Below are positions 38,342-47,891 of a stretch of 64,000 bases of DNA, piece by piece. The DNA is from Butyrivibrio sp. Lineage in GTDB: Bacteria > Bacillota > Clostridia > Lachnospirales > Lachnospiraceae. Position numbers and translations under genes: made by a program. The first letter of the stretch is position 1. The number at the start of each line of letters is the position of its first letter. The stretch covers positions 1,662-65,661 of the forward strand of contig JAFSYF010000153.1 in NCBI GenBank assembly GCA_017443695.1, given 5' to 3'. The notes below the pieces were generated by a model. The model was not told the DNA's origin. It did not search any database and saw only the letters and a list, made by a program, of their open reading frames with translations.

Positions 38342-40002
38342 GAACAGGATCAGACAGACGCGGATGGATCTATGTCCTGCTGTTCATCGGACTGGCGGGG
38401 TTGGGATTTTTCTCCCGTTTCCTGCTGCTCGGACTGGTGCCTGCGGGGCTGAACCAGGATGAGGCCTCCATCGGGTACGATGCCTGGTGCCTCGCGACCT
38501 ACGGGATGGACCGCAACGGGTATCACTGGCCGGTATACCCGATTACCTGGGGCTCCGGCGGGGGCAGTCCCCTGCTGGTCTATCTGACCGCACTCTCCAC
38601 CCGGATTTTCGGCAGAAATATCTGGTCCCTGCGCTTCTGGCCCGCCTGCCTGGGTGCACTGACCATTCCGCTCTGGCTGCTGTTGCCCGTTCACCAGGCG
38701 CATGAAGAAGAGACCACCCCCGGATCGCTCCTGCCGGTGTTCGTCACCGGCCTCCTGATGGTGGTGAATCCCTGGCACCTGATGCTGTCACGCTGGGCGC
38801 TGGATGCCAATATCCTGCCCTTTGTGGAGCTGCTGGCCGTCATCCTCTTCGTCCGGGGCGCCCAGTCGGCACGGTACCGGTTCCCTCTGTATCTTTGCAG
38901 TGCCGGTGTGTTTGCGCTTTCGATTTATGCCTATGGCTCTGCCACACTGGTGATCCCGGTGGCTCTGGTGTGTCTTGCGGCGTACACCATGCGCACGGGT
39001 CAGATGCACGTACGGGAGCTCATTTCCGCCATTGCTGTATTTGTGGTACTGCTGGCACCGCTGATCCTCTTCTTTGCCATCAACGCGCTGGCCCTGCCGC
39101 CTGTACAGACGGCGTGGTTCTCCATTCCGGTCTTTACCGCCAGCCGCAGTATTTTCCCTTCTCCGGGGGAACTGCCGGGGCAGGTGCTGCACAATCTCCG
39201 CTATCTGGCCAGGTTCCTGACCGTCGGTGCAGAGGAGGGGGAGCTGATCTGCAATGTGCTGCCGGGTTATGCGCAGTTCTACCACTTCACCTGGCCCCTC
39301 ACCCTGTGCGGCATCGGCCTGGCACTGCGCCGGATCCTGCATAACCGGCTGCATGCCACGGCGGATGTCTGCTTCCTGGTTCTGACCGCGGTGACCCTGT
39401 TGTTCTCCCTGTTCATCGAGTGTGACGTGAACCGGCTGACGCTGTTACTGGTTCCCATGCTGTACTTCCAGGGGACGGCCCTGTGGCAGTTACTGACGGC
39501 CCCGGCCCAGGCCAGGCAGAAGGGCGGCCGGCGGGTTGCCGGCGGGTTGCTGTGTCTGGCCGGCGTACTGTTCTGCGGAATGGTGTGTTATTCCGCCAGG
39601 CATTTCGTCCGGGATTATTTCGGTGAGACCTATGCGGGCAGCAGCAAGGACTGCTTCATGCCGGGGTATGCAGAGGCCGTGGAACAAGCCCTCCTCTGTG
39701 CGGGGAAGGATCAGCCCATTGTCTCCACCTACGCCAGACTCCAGGCACCCTTTGTGCTGGCACTGTATGCCTCGGAGACACTGCCGGCAGAGTTCCTGGA
39801 CACTGTGGTATGGCGGGATGCCACGGCCGAGTTCCGTGTCGCCACCTCCTTTGGACGGTTCACCTTCGGCCTCCCGGAGAACTGGCCGGATGTGCAGATG
39901 GCGGATACCATATGGATCCTGCATGTGACGGAGCTGCCGGAGGCCATGGAGGGCGATGTCGTCGGCCGGTTTGATGATTATGTTGTTCTTCATGTAAAGT
40001 AG
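38338..40002 (+). CDS. ArnT/PMT-family (GT39) glycosyltransferase
   Basis: 'P.GLNQDEASIGYDAW.L..YG.DRNG..WPVY', 'NPWHLMLSRWALDAN'. Confidence 0.8.
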   Translation: MRTGSDRRGWIYVLLFIGLAGLGFFSRFLLLGLVPAGLNQDEASIGYDAWCLATYGMDRNGYHWPVYPITWGSGGGSPLLVYLTALSTRIFGRNIWSLRFWPACLGALTIPLWLLLPVHQAHEEETTPGSLLPVFVTGLLMVVNPWHLMLSRWALDANILPFVELLAVILFVRGAQSARYRFPLYLCSAGVFALSIYAYGSATLVIPVALVCLAAYTMRTGQMHVRELISAIAVFVVLLAPLILFFAINALALPPVQTAWFSIPVFTASRSIFPSPGELPGQVLHNLRYLARFLTVGAEEGELICNVLPGYAQFYHFTWPLTLCGIGLALRRILHNRLHATADVCFLVLTAVTLLFSLFIECDVNRLTLLLVPMLYFQGTALWQLLTAPAQARQKGGRRVAGGLLCLAGVLFCGMVCYSARHFVRDYFGETYAGSSKDCFMPGYAEAVEQALLCAGKDQPIVSTYARLQAPFVLALYASETLPAEFLDTVVWRDATAEFRVATSFGRFTFGLPENWPDVQMADTIWILHVTELPEAMEGDVVGRFDDYVVLHVK

Positions 40003-40040
40003 CCTGCATCTCCCGGGCTGTTTTATGGTAAAATAAATGA

Positions 40041-40868
40041 ATGTTGGACAGTAATCGTGCCAAAATCATCGTCGCAACGACGAAGAAATATGAGATGCCG
40101 CATGATCCGGTGTATCTGCCGCTGCATGTGGGCGCTGCCCTGCGCCATCATAAGCGCAGCCTGGGATATCAGACGGATGATACGGGGGACAATATCTCGG
40201 ATCACAACGCCAGCTACTGCGAGCTGACGGGACTCTACTGGGCCTGGAAGAATCTCGATGCGGATGTCATCGGTCTGGTACACTACAGGCGTTATCTCGG
40301 TTCGCCCTCTTGCGCCAGGCGTCATGCTTCCGCCCCTCTGGACCGGATCCTGACCGGTCCGGAGCTGGTATCGCTGTTCGAGCGGGCGGATCTCATCGTG
40401 CCGAAGAAGCGCCATTATTACATCGAAACGCTGGCTTCCCACTACGCCCATACCCATTATCAGGAGCAGCTCGACAGTACCCGGAGCGTCATCGAACACC
40501 GCTGTCCGGAGTATCTGGACACTTATGACCGGGTCATGAACCGCACCTGGGGGTATATGTTCAATATGATGATCCTGCGGCGGGAGCTGCTGGAGGATTA
40601 CTGCAGCTGGCTCTTCGGCATCCTGGCGGAGCTGGAGAACTATATGTCGGAGGAGGAGTTATCCTCCTACCAGGGGCGCTACATCGGGCGCATCGCGGAG
40701 CTGATCTTCAACGTCTGGCTGGAGAAACGGCTGGCGGATGGCCGTATCGACAGGAGCCGCATGGTGGAGCTCCCGCTGATCTATATCGAACAGGTACACT
40801 GGTTCCGGAAGGTACAGGCCTTCCTGATGGCCAAATTTTTCCATAAAAAATATGAAAAGAGCTTCTGA
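40041..40868 (+). CDS. DUF4422-domain polysaccharide glycosyltransferase
   Basis: 'DDTGDNIS..N.SYCELTGLYWAWKN', 'GLVHYRRY', 'YMFNMMI'. Confidence 0.88.
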   Translation: MLDSNRAKIIVATTKKYEMPHDPVYLPLHVGAALRHHKRSLGYQTDDTGDNISDHNASYCELTGLYWAWKNLDADVIGLVHYRRYLGSPSCARRHASAPLDRILTGPELVSLFERADLIVPKKRHYYIETLASHYAHTHYQEQLDSTRSVIEHRCPEYLDTYDRVMNRTWGYMFNMMILRRELLEDYCSWLFGILAELENYMSEEELSSYQGRYIGRIAELIFNVWLEKRLADGRIDRSRMVELPLIYIEQVHWFRKVQAFLMAKFFHKKYEKSF

Positions 40869-40875
40869 GGATCCC

Positions 40876-41655
40876 ATGAGAGAAACCACATGTGCAGCGA
40901 TCATCTTCGCCGGGGGCGAGGGTCGGCGGATGGGAACGGCGCTTCCCAAACAGTATCTGGAGATCGACGGTATCCCGATCCTCATCCATACGCTCCGGCT
41001 GTTCCAGGAGCATCCGGAGGTGGCGCGGATCTATCTCGCCGTTCATGAGGATTACATCGATTATACGAAGGAACTGACGGAACGGTTCGGCATCACCAAG
41101 ACCGTGGATGTGGTGGCCGGAGGGCATGTCGCACAGGAGTCTATCTACAACGCACTCATCCGTGCGGCCGCAGATTGCGCAGATGATTCCATCGTGCTGC
41201 TGCACGACGGTGTGCGGCCCTTCATCACCCCGGAGGTGATCTCCCGTAACATCGAGGGTGTCCGGAGGAATGGCAATGCGATCACCAGCATCCCGTGCTA
41301 TGAGACCATCCTTGTAAGTGACGACGGGGAGCAGGTCGAGCGGGTTCCGCTGCGCCGGGAGACCTTCACCGGTCAGGCGCCGCAGTCCTTCCGCCTCGGC
41401 GACATCCTGGCGGCCCACGACCGGATCCGCCAGACGCCGGGTGGTTATACGAATATGGTGGATGCCTGTACGATCCTGCAGTCCCTGGGGATCCCCACCC
41501 ATATGGTGGAGGGCAACCGCGGCAACATCAAGGTCACAACGCCGGTGGATGTCTACCTGCTGCGCGCACTCCTGGAATACCGCAGAGAGAGCGGCGAGGC
41601 GCAGGAACCCACGGCGGCGGACTTAAAGTCCGTGGAAAAACGGGAGGGATCATGA
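40876..41655 (+). CDS. IspD/TarI-family sugar-phosphate cytidylyltransferase
   Basis: 'FAGG.G.RM..PKQYL', 'HDGVRPF', 'QAPQSF', 'NIKVTTP.D'. Confidence 0.85.
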   Translation: MRETTCAAIIFAGGEGRRMGTALPKQYLEIDGIPILIHTLRLFQEHPEVARIYLAVHEDYIDYTKELTERFGITKTVDVVAGGHVAQESIYNALIRAAADCADDSIVLLHDGVRPFITPEVISRNIEGVRRNGNAITSIPCYETILVSDDGEQVERVPLRRETFTGQAPQSFRLGDILAAHDRIRQTPGGYTNMVDACTILQSLGIPTHMVEGNRGNIKVTTPVDVYLLRALLEYRRESGEAQEPTAADLKSVEKREGS

Positions 41656-42806
41656 TGGGCATACAGGCGATGCCGGAGTTTCCGGACAACCTGGTGCTGC
41701 AGGAGGATGTCGAAGAGCTGGCGGACTGGGCTGGTGAACAGTATGGGGAAGCCCTGTCCGGGGCCCGTATCCTGATCACCGGAGCCACCGGGCTCATCGG
41801 CTCCCAGGTGGCGGGGACACTTTCCGCCCTGAACAGAAAACAGGGCACACAGCTACAGGTGCTGCTGCCGGTCCGGAACGCGGCACGGGCAGCGGAAGGG
41901 CGGCTGAAAGGGATCGCCGGACGCACAGAGACCACCCTTTGGGATGAGGATGTATGCGCACCGCTCTCAGCCGATACCGTCAAAACAGCGGAAGAGCTGC
42001 GGCCGGATTACATCATCCACTGTGCCGCCCCCACCCGCTCCCGGGACTTCGTTGCACGTGCGGCGGATACCGCACTGGCCGTGATCGATGGAACACGCAG
42101 GATGCTGGATCTGGCCCGCACCTGTCAGATCCGCTCGATGATACAGCTGTCCTCCCTGGAGGTGTACGGAACGCCCCGCAGGGATGCGGCAGGATCTGAG
42201 GATGTTCCCTTACTGACAGAGGTGGATTTCGGTACCCTGGATCCAGCCAAGCCCCGCAGCAGCTATTCCGAGGGAAAACGTATGGCTGAAACGCTCTGTT
42301 CCGCCTATGCGGCACAGCACCAGCTACCGGTGCGGATCCTGCGGCTGACCCAGACCTTCGGCCCCGGTGTGGACTATGCGGATGAGCGGGCATTTATGGC
42401 TTTTGCCCGATCCGCCATGGAGGGACAGGACATCGTTCTGCGTACCGCAGGGCGCACCGTCCGGCCCTACCTCTATACGGCGGATGCCGTACGGGCGATC
42501 CTGACCCTGTTAATGGCAGATGGGGAAGCGTTTCCCGCAGGGACGGCCGCCAATGCGGCCAATCCAAAAACCGCGGTGACCATCGTGGAGATGGCCGAAA
42601 CCGCGGCACATGTCATCGGCAGCAGCAGGGGGCATGTCCCCGCCGTCCGGATCGAGATTCCGGAGGCGGCCGCCCTGGCTGCCTGTGGATTTAATCCCGA
42701 GATGCAGCTGAATCTGGATATCAGCCGCATGACCGCGCTGGGCTGGATGCCCACGCGCGATCTGGCCGAGATGTTCGCCCGTCTGGCCGACGGGGTGATC
42801 CGGTAA
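41652..42806 (+). CDS. NAD-dependent epimerase/dehydratase/reductase (CDP-alditol synthesis)
   Basis: 'ITGATGLIG', 'LSSLEVYG', YxxxK 'YSEGK', 'RLTQTFGPG'. Confidence 0.85.
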   Translation: MMGIQAMPEFPDNLVLQEDVEELADWAGEQYGEALSGARILITGATGLIGSQVAGTLSALNRKQGTQLQVLLPVRNAARAAEGRLKGIAGRTETTLWDEDVCAPLSADTVKTAEELRPDYIIHCAAPTRSRDFVARAADTALAVIDGTRRMLDLARTCQIRSMIQLSSLEVYGTPRRDAAGSEDVPLLTEVDFGTLDPAKPRSSYSEGKRMAETLCSAYAAQHQLPVRILRLTQTFGPGVDYADERAFMAFARSAMEGQDIVLRTAGRTVRPYLYTADAVRAILTLLMADGEAFPAGTAANAANPKTAVTIVEMAETAAHVIGSSRGHVPAVRIEIPEAAALAACGFNPEMQLNLDISRMTALGWMPTRDLAEMFARLADGVIR

Positions 42807-42816
42807 ATCTGAATAG

Positions 42817-44151
42817 TTACTCTACCTTTTCATATTTTCCGATGGTGGTGTCACCGGAGATCCTGGCGTTTCTCGCATCATAGAAGATCCCGCTGATCTT
42901 TGAGTTCTTGATGCTCATATTGACACCGGATCCGTTGAAGCAGGAGCCATTGAATTTACAGCCGGTGATGGTGACATTGTCGCAGGTCTTCACAGAACTG
43001 TCCCCGGGATAATGGATGGTCATGAAGCAGTAGAAATTGCCGTCAAGAGTCGCTTCCTGCTTGCAGGAGATGGTGGTGTTCTGGATGGTGATGTTCTTAC
43101 AGACCGGCAGTTTGCCGTTCTCCAGATTGGGCTCGATGATGATCCCGCCCTGGGGCTGCTTGCCATAGGCATCCGAGATGCTGCAGTTCTTGATGGTGAC
43201 ATCGGAAGCATGGATGATGGAGATGTTGTTCCTGCGGTTCCTGCTGATCTTACAGCTGTCGATGGTCACATTCTTACAGCCTCCCTGAAGAGCTGAAGTC
43301 GTACCGAGATAGATCCCGTCCCCCCAGTTGTCAGAGATGGTCATCCCCGTAATGGTCACGTTGGTGGAATCCAGGATACCGATGCCCATACCGTCCTCCC
43401 CGTCGCTGCCCTTGTGCACGGATCGCTCTCCGCTGATCCTGCCGCCGGTGATGGAAACATTCTCCGCATTGGCGATATAGATCACATTGTACCAGTCCTG
43501 GTCTGTTCCGGTGACGTTGAGTACGGCCTTGTCATGCATCATGAGATGGACACCGCTCCGCATACCAATGCCGACACCACCGTTGATGGAGATCTGGTAC
43601 TGTCCCGCCGGGACATAGACGACTCCGGACCTGGCAGCCGCGTCCCAGATGGCCTGATTGAACCCCTCCGTATCATCCTCCCCATCATCAGGAAGAGCGT
43701 CATAACTGGTCACCAGCGTGGCACCCGCCGGCGCGGTGGTGATGCCGGTATAGCTGCTGGTAGGGTCATCGGCCTCTCCGCTTTCAGAACTGTCGCCCGA
43801 GCTGCTGCCGGTGACGGTGACATCGCAGATGAAGACACTGCCCTTCACCTGCGCCGTGACCTTCGCCGTACCGGGGGTGAGCCCGGTGATGACAGCCTTC
43901 TTCTTATTGCTTTTCTTGATTCTGATGATACCGCTGTATTCATCAGGGACGGACCAGGTGACCTTCTCGCCCGCTTTGTTCTTGAGCTTGACGGTGCCAT
44001 CTTCCCCGATATGGATCTGCAGTGTGACGGTTTTCAGCTTCAGGGATGCCGCCTGTGAGACGATGACTCCCTGCGGCACGACAAAGCAGGCTGTCACCGG
44101 TGCCAGACATAACGACGCCGCTGTGAGAAATGCAAGTAACTGTTTTTTCAT
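42817..44151 (-). CDS. secreted right-handed parallel beta-helix protein (pectin lyase fold) with N-terminal Ig-like domain
   Basis: signal peptide; 'DDG.DDT..FNQAI...VYVPAG.Y'; 'NVTI..C.I' coils; 'DNWGDGIY', 'NRRNNISI'. Confidence 0.8.
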   Translation of the reverse strand: MKKQLLAFLTAASLCLAPVTACFVVPQGVIVSQAASLKLKTVTLQIHIGEDGTVKLKNKAGEKVTWSVPDEYSGIIRIKKSNKKKAVITGLTPGTAKVTAQVKGSVFICDVTVTGSSSGDSSESGEADDPTSSYTGITTAPAGATLVTSYDALPDDGEDDTEGFNQAIWDAAARSGVVYVPAGQYQISINGGVGIGMRSGVHLMMHDKAVLNVTGTDQDWYNVIYIANAENVSITGGRISGERSVHKGSDGEDGMGIGILDSTNVTITGMTISDNWGDGIYLGTTSALQGGCKNVTIDSCKISRNRRNNISIIHASDVTIKNCSISDAYGKQPQGGIIIEPNLENGKLPVCKNITIQNTTISCKQEATLDGNFYCFMTIHYPGDSSVKTCDNVTITGCKFNGSCFNGSGVNMSIKNSKISGIFYDARNARISGDTTIGKYEKVE

Positions 44152-44225
44152 AGCGATCTCTCCTTTTTATTTTCCATTATAACAGATGCCCGCCGCTGTC
44201 GGCAGATTCGCCGGAATATTTAGCA

Positions 44226-44252
44226 TAAATTTCCGTCACTTTCATCCGATAC
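44226..44252 (+). promoter_or_regulatory. sigma-28 (FliA/SigD)-like promoter
   Basis: TAAA-N15-TCCGATAC. Confidence 0.5.
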
Positions 44253-44324
44253 TCTTTTTGTACAGGTCAAGGGAGACCATTGAAACAGAAATAACAGCAT
44301 CATGCGCACACGGAGGTGACAAAG

Positions 44325-44657
44325 ATGAAGGTGAGAGATTATAAAACAGCAGAACGGCTTGGATTGTCCGCACAGCTGGAGCAGCTGCTGCAGGATGTGA
44401 AGAAGCTCGACCGCGTGGAAGCGGTGGATGCGGATCTGGACAGTTTTAATTTCGGGATCTCCGAAGTGATCCTCTCACCGAAATGTCAGCCCGCGGATGA
44501 TGAACATCCGGATCAGTCTTCGCTCCTGCACCGGATTCTCGAAGTGGCAGAGCATAACGGCCTGCGCAGAACCGGCGCACCCATCGAGCAGGACGGCAGC
44601 AGCTACTACATCCCGCTGCAGCCGAAGGACAAGACCGTATGGCAGATCGCCGCCTGA
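44325..44657 (+). CDS. hypothetical protein (110 aa)
   Basis: GGAGG SD 8 nt before ATG; occupies the gap between opposite-strand genes. Confidence 0.7.
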   Translation: MKVRDYKTAERLGLSAQLEQLLQDVKKLDRVEAVDADLDSFNFGISEVILSPKCQPADDEHPDQSSLLHRILEVAEHNGLRRTGAPIEQDGSSYYIPLQPKDKTVWQIAA

Positions 44658-44673
44658 GCCTCACCGCCAGGGG

Positions 44674-45012
44674 TCACAGCAGATAAAACACCAGAATCCC
44701 GCCCAGGATCAGGGTCATGCCCAGGAGTTTCCTCGCGGTGAGCTTCTCCTGAAAGAACAGCCGCGCCAGGAGCATCACCATCACATAGCTCACGGGCTCG
44801 ATGATGACGACATACATATACGGCATACCGCCGTAGCAGACGATGGAGAGGAACATCGAGACCACCAACAGCCCGTAGCCCCCGATCACCAGGAGGTTCA
44901 GGTAGCTGCGCAGGAAAGAACCATATTCTTTATCCGCACTCTTTTTCAACAGAAGCTGGGAAACAGAGGCCAGCAGCTGCGCGAAAAGCATCAGACCGAT
45001 GTAGAGGCTCAT
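44674..45012 (-). CDS. small EamA/SMR-type transporter subunit
   Basis: 4 TMs, 'SVSQLLLKKSA', 'FFQEKLT.RK..G..LI..G'. Confidence 0.8.
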   Translation of the reverse strand: MSLYIGLMLFAQLLASVSQLLLKKSADKEYGSFLRSYLNLLVIGGYGLLVVSMFLSIVCYGGMPYMYVVIIEPVSYVMVMLLARLFFQEKLTARKLLGMTLILGGILVFYLL

Positions 45013-45362
45013 GTCTGCGCCTCCTCTTCTCCACTATTCAGGATGATGGTCCCTGCGATCACCAGCAGCACCCCCACGATCCGCGGCAGGGTGATGCCCT
45101 CATGGAACAGAACGACGCTCCACAGCAGCGACCATAGCAGGGTCATGGCCTTGTTCGCATAGGCGATGGAGAGCTGGAAGCGCTTGAGCAGCTGCTGCCA
45201 GATCAGCGCATAGATGCCCAGCACGGCGAAATCCAGCAGATAAAGCAGGATCCATTCCCGTGAAAACATGGGGTGCCCGGCGGTATATTTGCCGATGACC
45301 GTGGTCAGTGAATAGATCAGGACTGCACCCTGGAGGAGCAGAATCATCCTCAGTTTCTTCAT
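45009..45362 (-). CDS. small EamA/SMR-type transporter subunit
   Basis: 4 TMs, 'YALIWQQLLK...LS.AYANK', 'FHEGIT'. Confidence 0.8.
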   Translation of the reverse strand: MKKLRMILLLQGAVLIYSLTTVIGKYTAGHPMFSREWILLYLLDFAVLGIYALIWQQLLKRFQLSIAYANKAMTLLWSLLWSVVLFHEGITLPRIVGVLLVIAGTIILNSGEEEAQT

Positions 45363-46360
45363 TGTCCGCCCTCCTTCAGTGCCCGCGCCAGGTGATCCGC
45401 GATCGCACGCCGGCATTTCTCATTGACCCGGACGATGTCCACCAGATACTGGTCGGATTCACTCTCGTTGATGGTGCCATAGAGATTATCCAGAAAGGAG
45501 GCACCGCACTGTTCGCAGGCGTCATACAACAGCAGCCAGTAGTCGCTGATGCGTCCGTGGCCGAAATTCTGCAGATAACCGCTGACGACACTGCCGTCCG
45601 CACCATAGGCATAGCAGAAGGGAAAAGACATCACCACAATGCGGATATGCGGGTACTGCGCGCGGATGCGGTGCAGCCCGCCCACCATGGCGCCACGGTA
45701 GGTGATGGGATCCTCATCATCCGACGGGTTCATGCCGATCCGCTGATTCAGATAGTCCGATGCATCATAGGCCACAATCAGCATATCCAGCGCATCGAAA
45801 TCCACCTGAGCCAGTCTGTCCAGTGCCTGCATGGCTGTCTCGTCTCCCAGTGCCGATGCAGCGCGCTGCTGTGGTTCAAACTCATTTGTGGCAATGGCCT
45901 GGGCCATCTGCCGGAAACAGAGCAGGTCCTGGGGGTAGCTGCCATCCGGTACGGCATCTCTCTGTGCCACCGTGGTGCCTGCAATCCCGCAATCCACAAC
46001 CTCCGCATCCAGCCGGTCGCCGATGAGCTGCGCGAGACTCTCCTCCTCTTCCGAGAGGCGGAAGGTCAGCAGATCATCACCCAGGAACAGGATGGTCTGT
46101 ACGCCGTCCTCTTTCTTGCCGGCCAGATCCTCGCTGCTTAACAGGAAGATATTATCGCTCACCTCCACGTCATATTCCGCTTCATCGATATCCGATACAT
46201 CCACCTCATGGCCTCTGTTCCATACCATCAGACGGAAGGCGGCTATGCCGATGACAACAGCAATGGCTGCCAGTACGATGACATGTACCCACCAGGGCAG
46301 GCTCCCCTGACGGTTCTGCGCCTCATTTGTGTGCCGGTTGTCCGGTCTGTTCTGATTCAT
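45359..46360 (-). CDS. membrane-anchored SGNH/GDSL-fold protein (catalytic Ser appears replaced: GDD)
   Basis: TM, then 'ILFLGDD', 'IAGT', 'YDASDY', 'YLVD.V..N'. Confidence 0.6.
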   Translation of the reverse strand: MNQNRPDNRHTNEAQNRQGSLPWWVHVIVLAAIAVVIGIAAFRLMVWNRGHEVDVSDIDEAEYDVEVSDNIFLLSSEDLAGKKEDGVQTILFLGDDLLTFRLSEEEESLAQLIGDRLDAEVVDCGIAGTTVAQRDAVPDGSYPQDLLCFRQMAQAIATNEFEPQQRAASALGDETAMQALDRLAQVDFDALDMLIVAYDASDYLNQRIGMNPSDDEDPITYRGAMVGGLHRIRAQYPHIRIVVMSFPFCYAYGADGSVVSGYLQNFGHGRISDYWLLLYDACEQCGASFLDNLYGTINESESDQYLVDIVRVNEKCRRAIADHLARALKEGGQ

Positions 46361-46450
46361 CCGTTTGATTCCTTCGCTTGTGTTTATTCTTCCTATATAC
46401 TAAAATAAGAAAAGTTGTTTATCAATGTCATTTTGTGTTAAGGAGTTCCT

Positions 46451-47887
46451 GTGCAGTTCGTTTCCGTTGCTTTTCTGATCTTCCTGCCTGTCGCCGCGTT
46501 GTGCAGTGCGTTTGCTCCTGTACGTCTGCGTCCGGTGGTCCTGCTGGTGCTGAATCTCCTGTTCTGTGCCTCGCTTGGCTGGGAGAATCTGCCGTTTCTG
46601 GGACTGGTGATTCTCATCACCTATCTCAGCGGGCGGCTGTTGGAGAACGGGACACATGCCACCCGCCCTGTTACCGCCAGCTGTACCGTGCTGTGTGTGG
46701 GGTTGCTGGTGCTGCACCGACTGCCCTTTCTGACAGGGGCAGGTGGACAGTCTCATGTACTGTCTGCGATTCTGGCCCCCGTTGGTTTATCCTTCTACAC
46801 GCTTCAGGCCCTGTCCTACGTCTACGATGTTGCTGCCGGGCGGCAGGAGACAGAGCGTCATCTGATCCGCTATGCAGCGTTTGTCTCCTTCTTTCCCACT
46901 CTGGTCTCCGGCCCGATCACCCGTGCCGGTGTATTCCTGCCGCAATTACAGTCCAGACCTGCCGTATGGAACTGGGATCAGATCCGGTGTTCCATTCTGC
47001 AGCTTCTGTACGGCTATTTCCTGAAGCTGGTGGTGGCAGAACGGCTGACCATCATTGTGGATACCGTTTATCGCAAACCGTCGCATTATGGCGGTCTGGT
47101 GGTTTTCATTGCTTCCCTGTGCTACAGTATGGAGCTCTACTGTGATTTCGCGGGCTACAGCATCATCGCCATTGCTGCCGCCAGATTGGTGGGGGTGGAG
47201 CTGCCGGACAATTTCAACGCACCGTATCTGGCTGATTCTGTCTCTCAATTCTGGCACCGCTGGCATATCTCGCTTTCCACCTGGCTGAAGGATTACGTGT
47301 ACATCCCGCTGGGCGGCAACAGACGGGGCAAGTGGCGCAAGTATCTGAATATTCTGCTGACTTTTGCTGTCAGCGGTCTCTGGCATGGTTCAGGTCTGAC
47401 CTTCCTCATCTGGGGGCTGCTGCACGGGGTGTATCAGGTGCTGGGGGCCTTGCTGCAGCCTTTGCGGGACCGGCTCGTTGAGATCCTCGGCCTGCGCAGG
47501 GAGTCCTTTTCCCACCGGCTGTACCGGGTGCTCACCACCTTCCTGCTGGTAGATCTGGCCTGGGTCTGGTTCCGGGCGCCGGATGTCAGCAAGGCGCTCC
47601 AGATTCTTCGGCAGATGACACATTTCTCCCCCTGGGAGTTGTGGGACGGGTCGCTGTATCAGCTGGGACTTGCCCCGGTGGAGGTCTGGCTTCTGCTTCC
47701 GGTATTGGGACTGATCCTTGTGGCAGACCACCTGCAGGCCAGCAAGGGAGATCTCTCCCGGGTGGTTCTGCGGCAGAGTGCGGTATTCCGTCTCTGCGTG
47801 GAAGTAGGTGCGGTGCTGATCATTGTCATCTGCGGTATCTGGGGCGATGGGTATGTCGCCGGCAGATTCATCTATGCGGGGTTCTGA
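46451..47887 (+). CDS. MBOAT family O-acyltransferase
   Basis: 'PVGLSFYTLQALSY', 'LYCDFAGYS', 'FWHRWHISLSTWLKDYVYIPLGG', 'SGLWHG'. Confidence 0.93.
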   Translation: MQFVSVAFLIFLPVAALCSAFAPVRLRPVVLLVLNLLFCASLGWENLPFLGLVILITYLSGRLLENGTHATRPVTASCTVLCVGLLVLHRLPFLTGAGGQSHVLSAILAPVGLSFYTLQALSYVYDVAAGRQETERHLIRYAAFVSFFPTLVSGPITRAGVFLPQLQSRPAVWNWDQIRCSILQLLYGYFLKLVVAERLTIIVDTVYRKPSHYGGLVVFIASLCYSMELYCDFAGYSIIAIAAARLVGVELPDNFNAPYLADSVSQFWHRWHISLSTWLKDYVYIPLGGNRRGKWRKYLNILLTFAVSGLWHGSGLTFLIWGLLHGVYQVLGALLQPLRDRLVEILGLRRESFSHRLYRVLTTFLLVDLAWVWFRAPDVSKALQILRQMTHFSPWELWDGSLYQLGLAPVEVWLLLPVLGLILVADHLQASKGDLSRVVLRQSAVFRLCVEVGAVLIIVICGIWGDGYVAGRFIYAGF

Positions 47888-47891
47888 ACGG

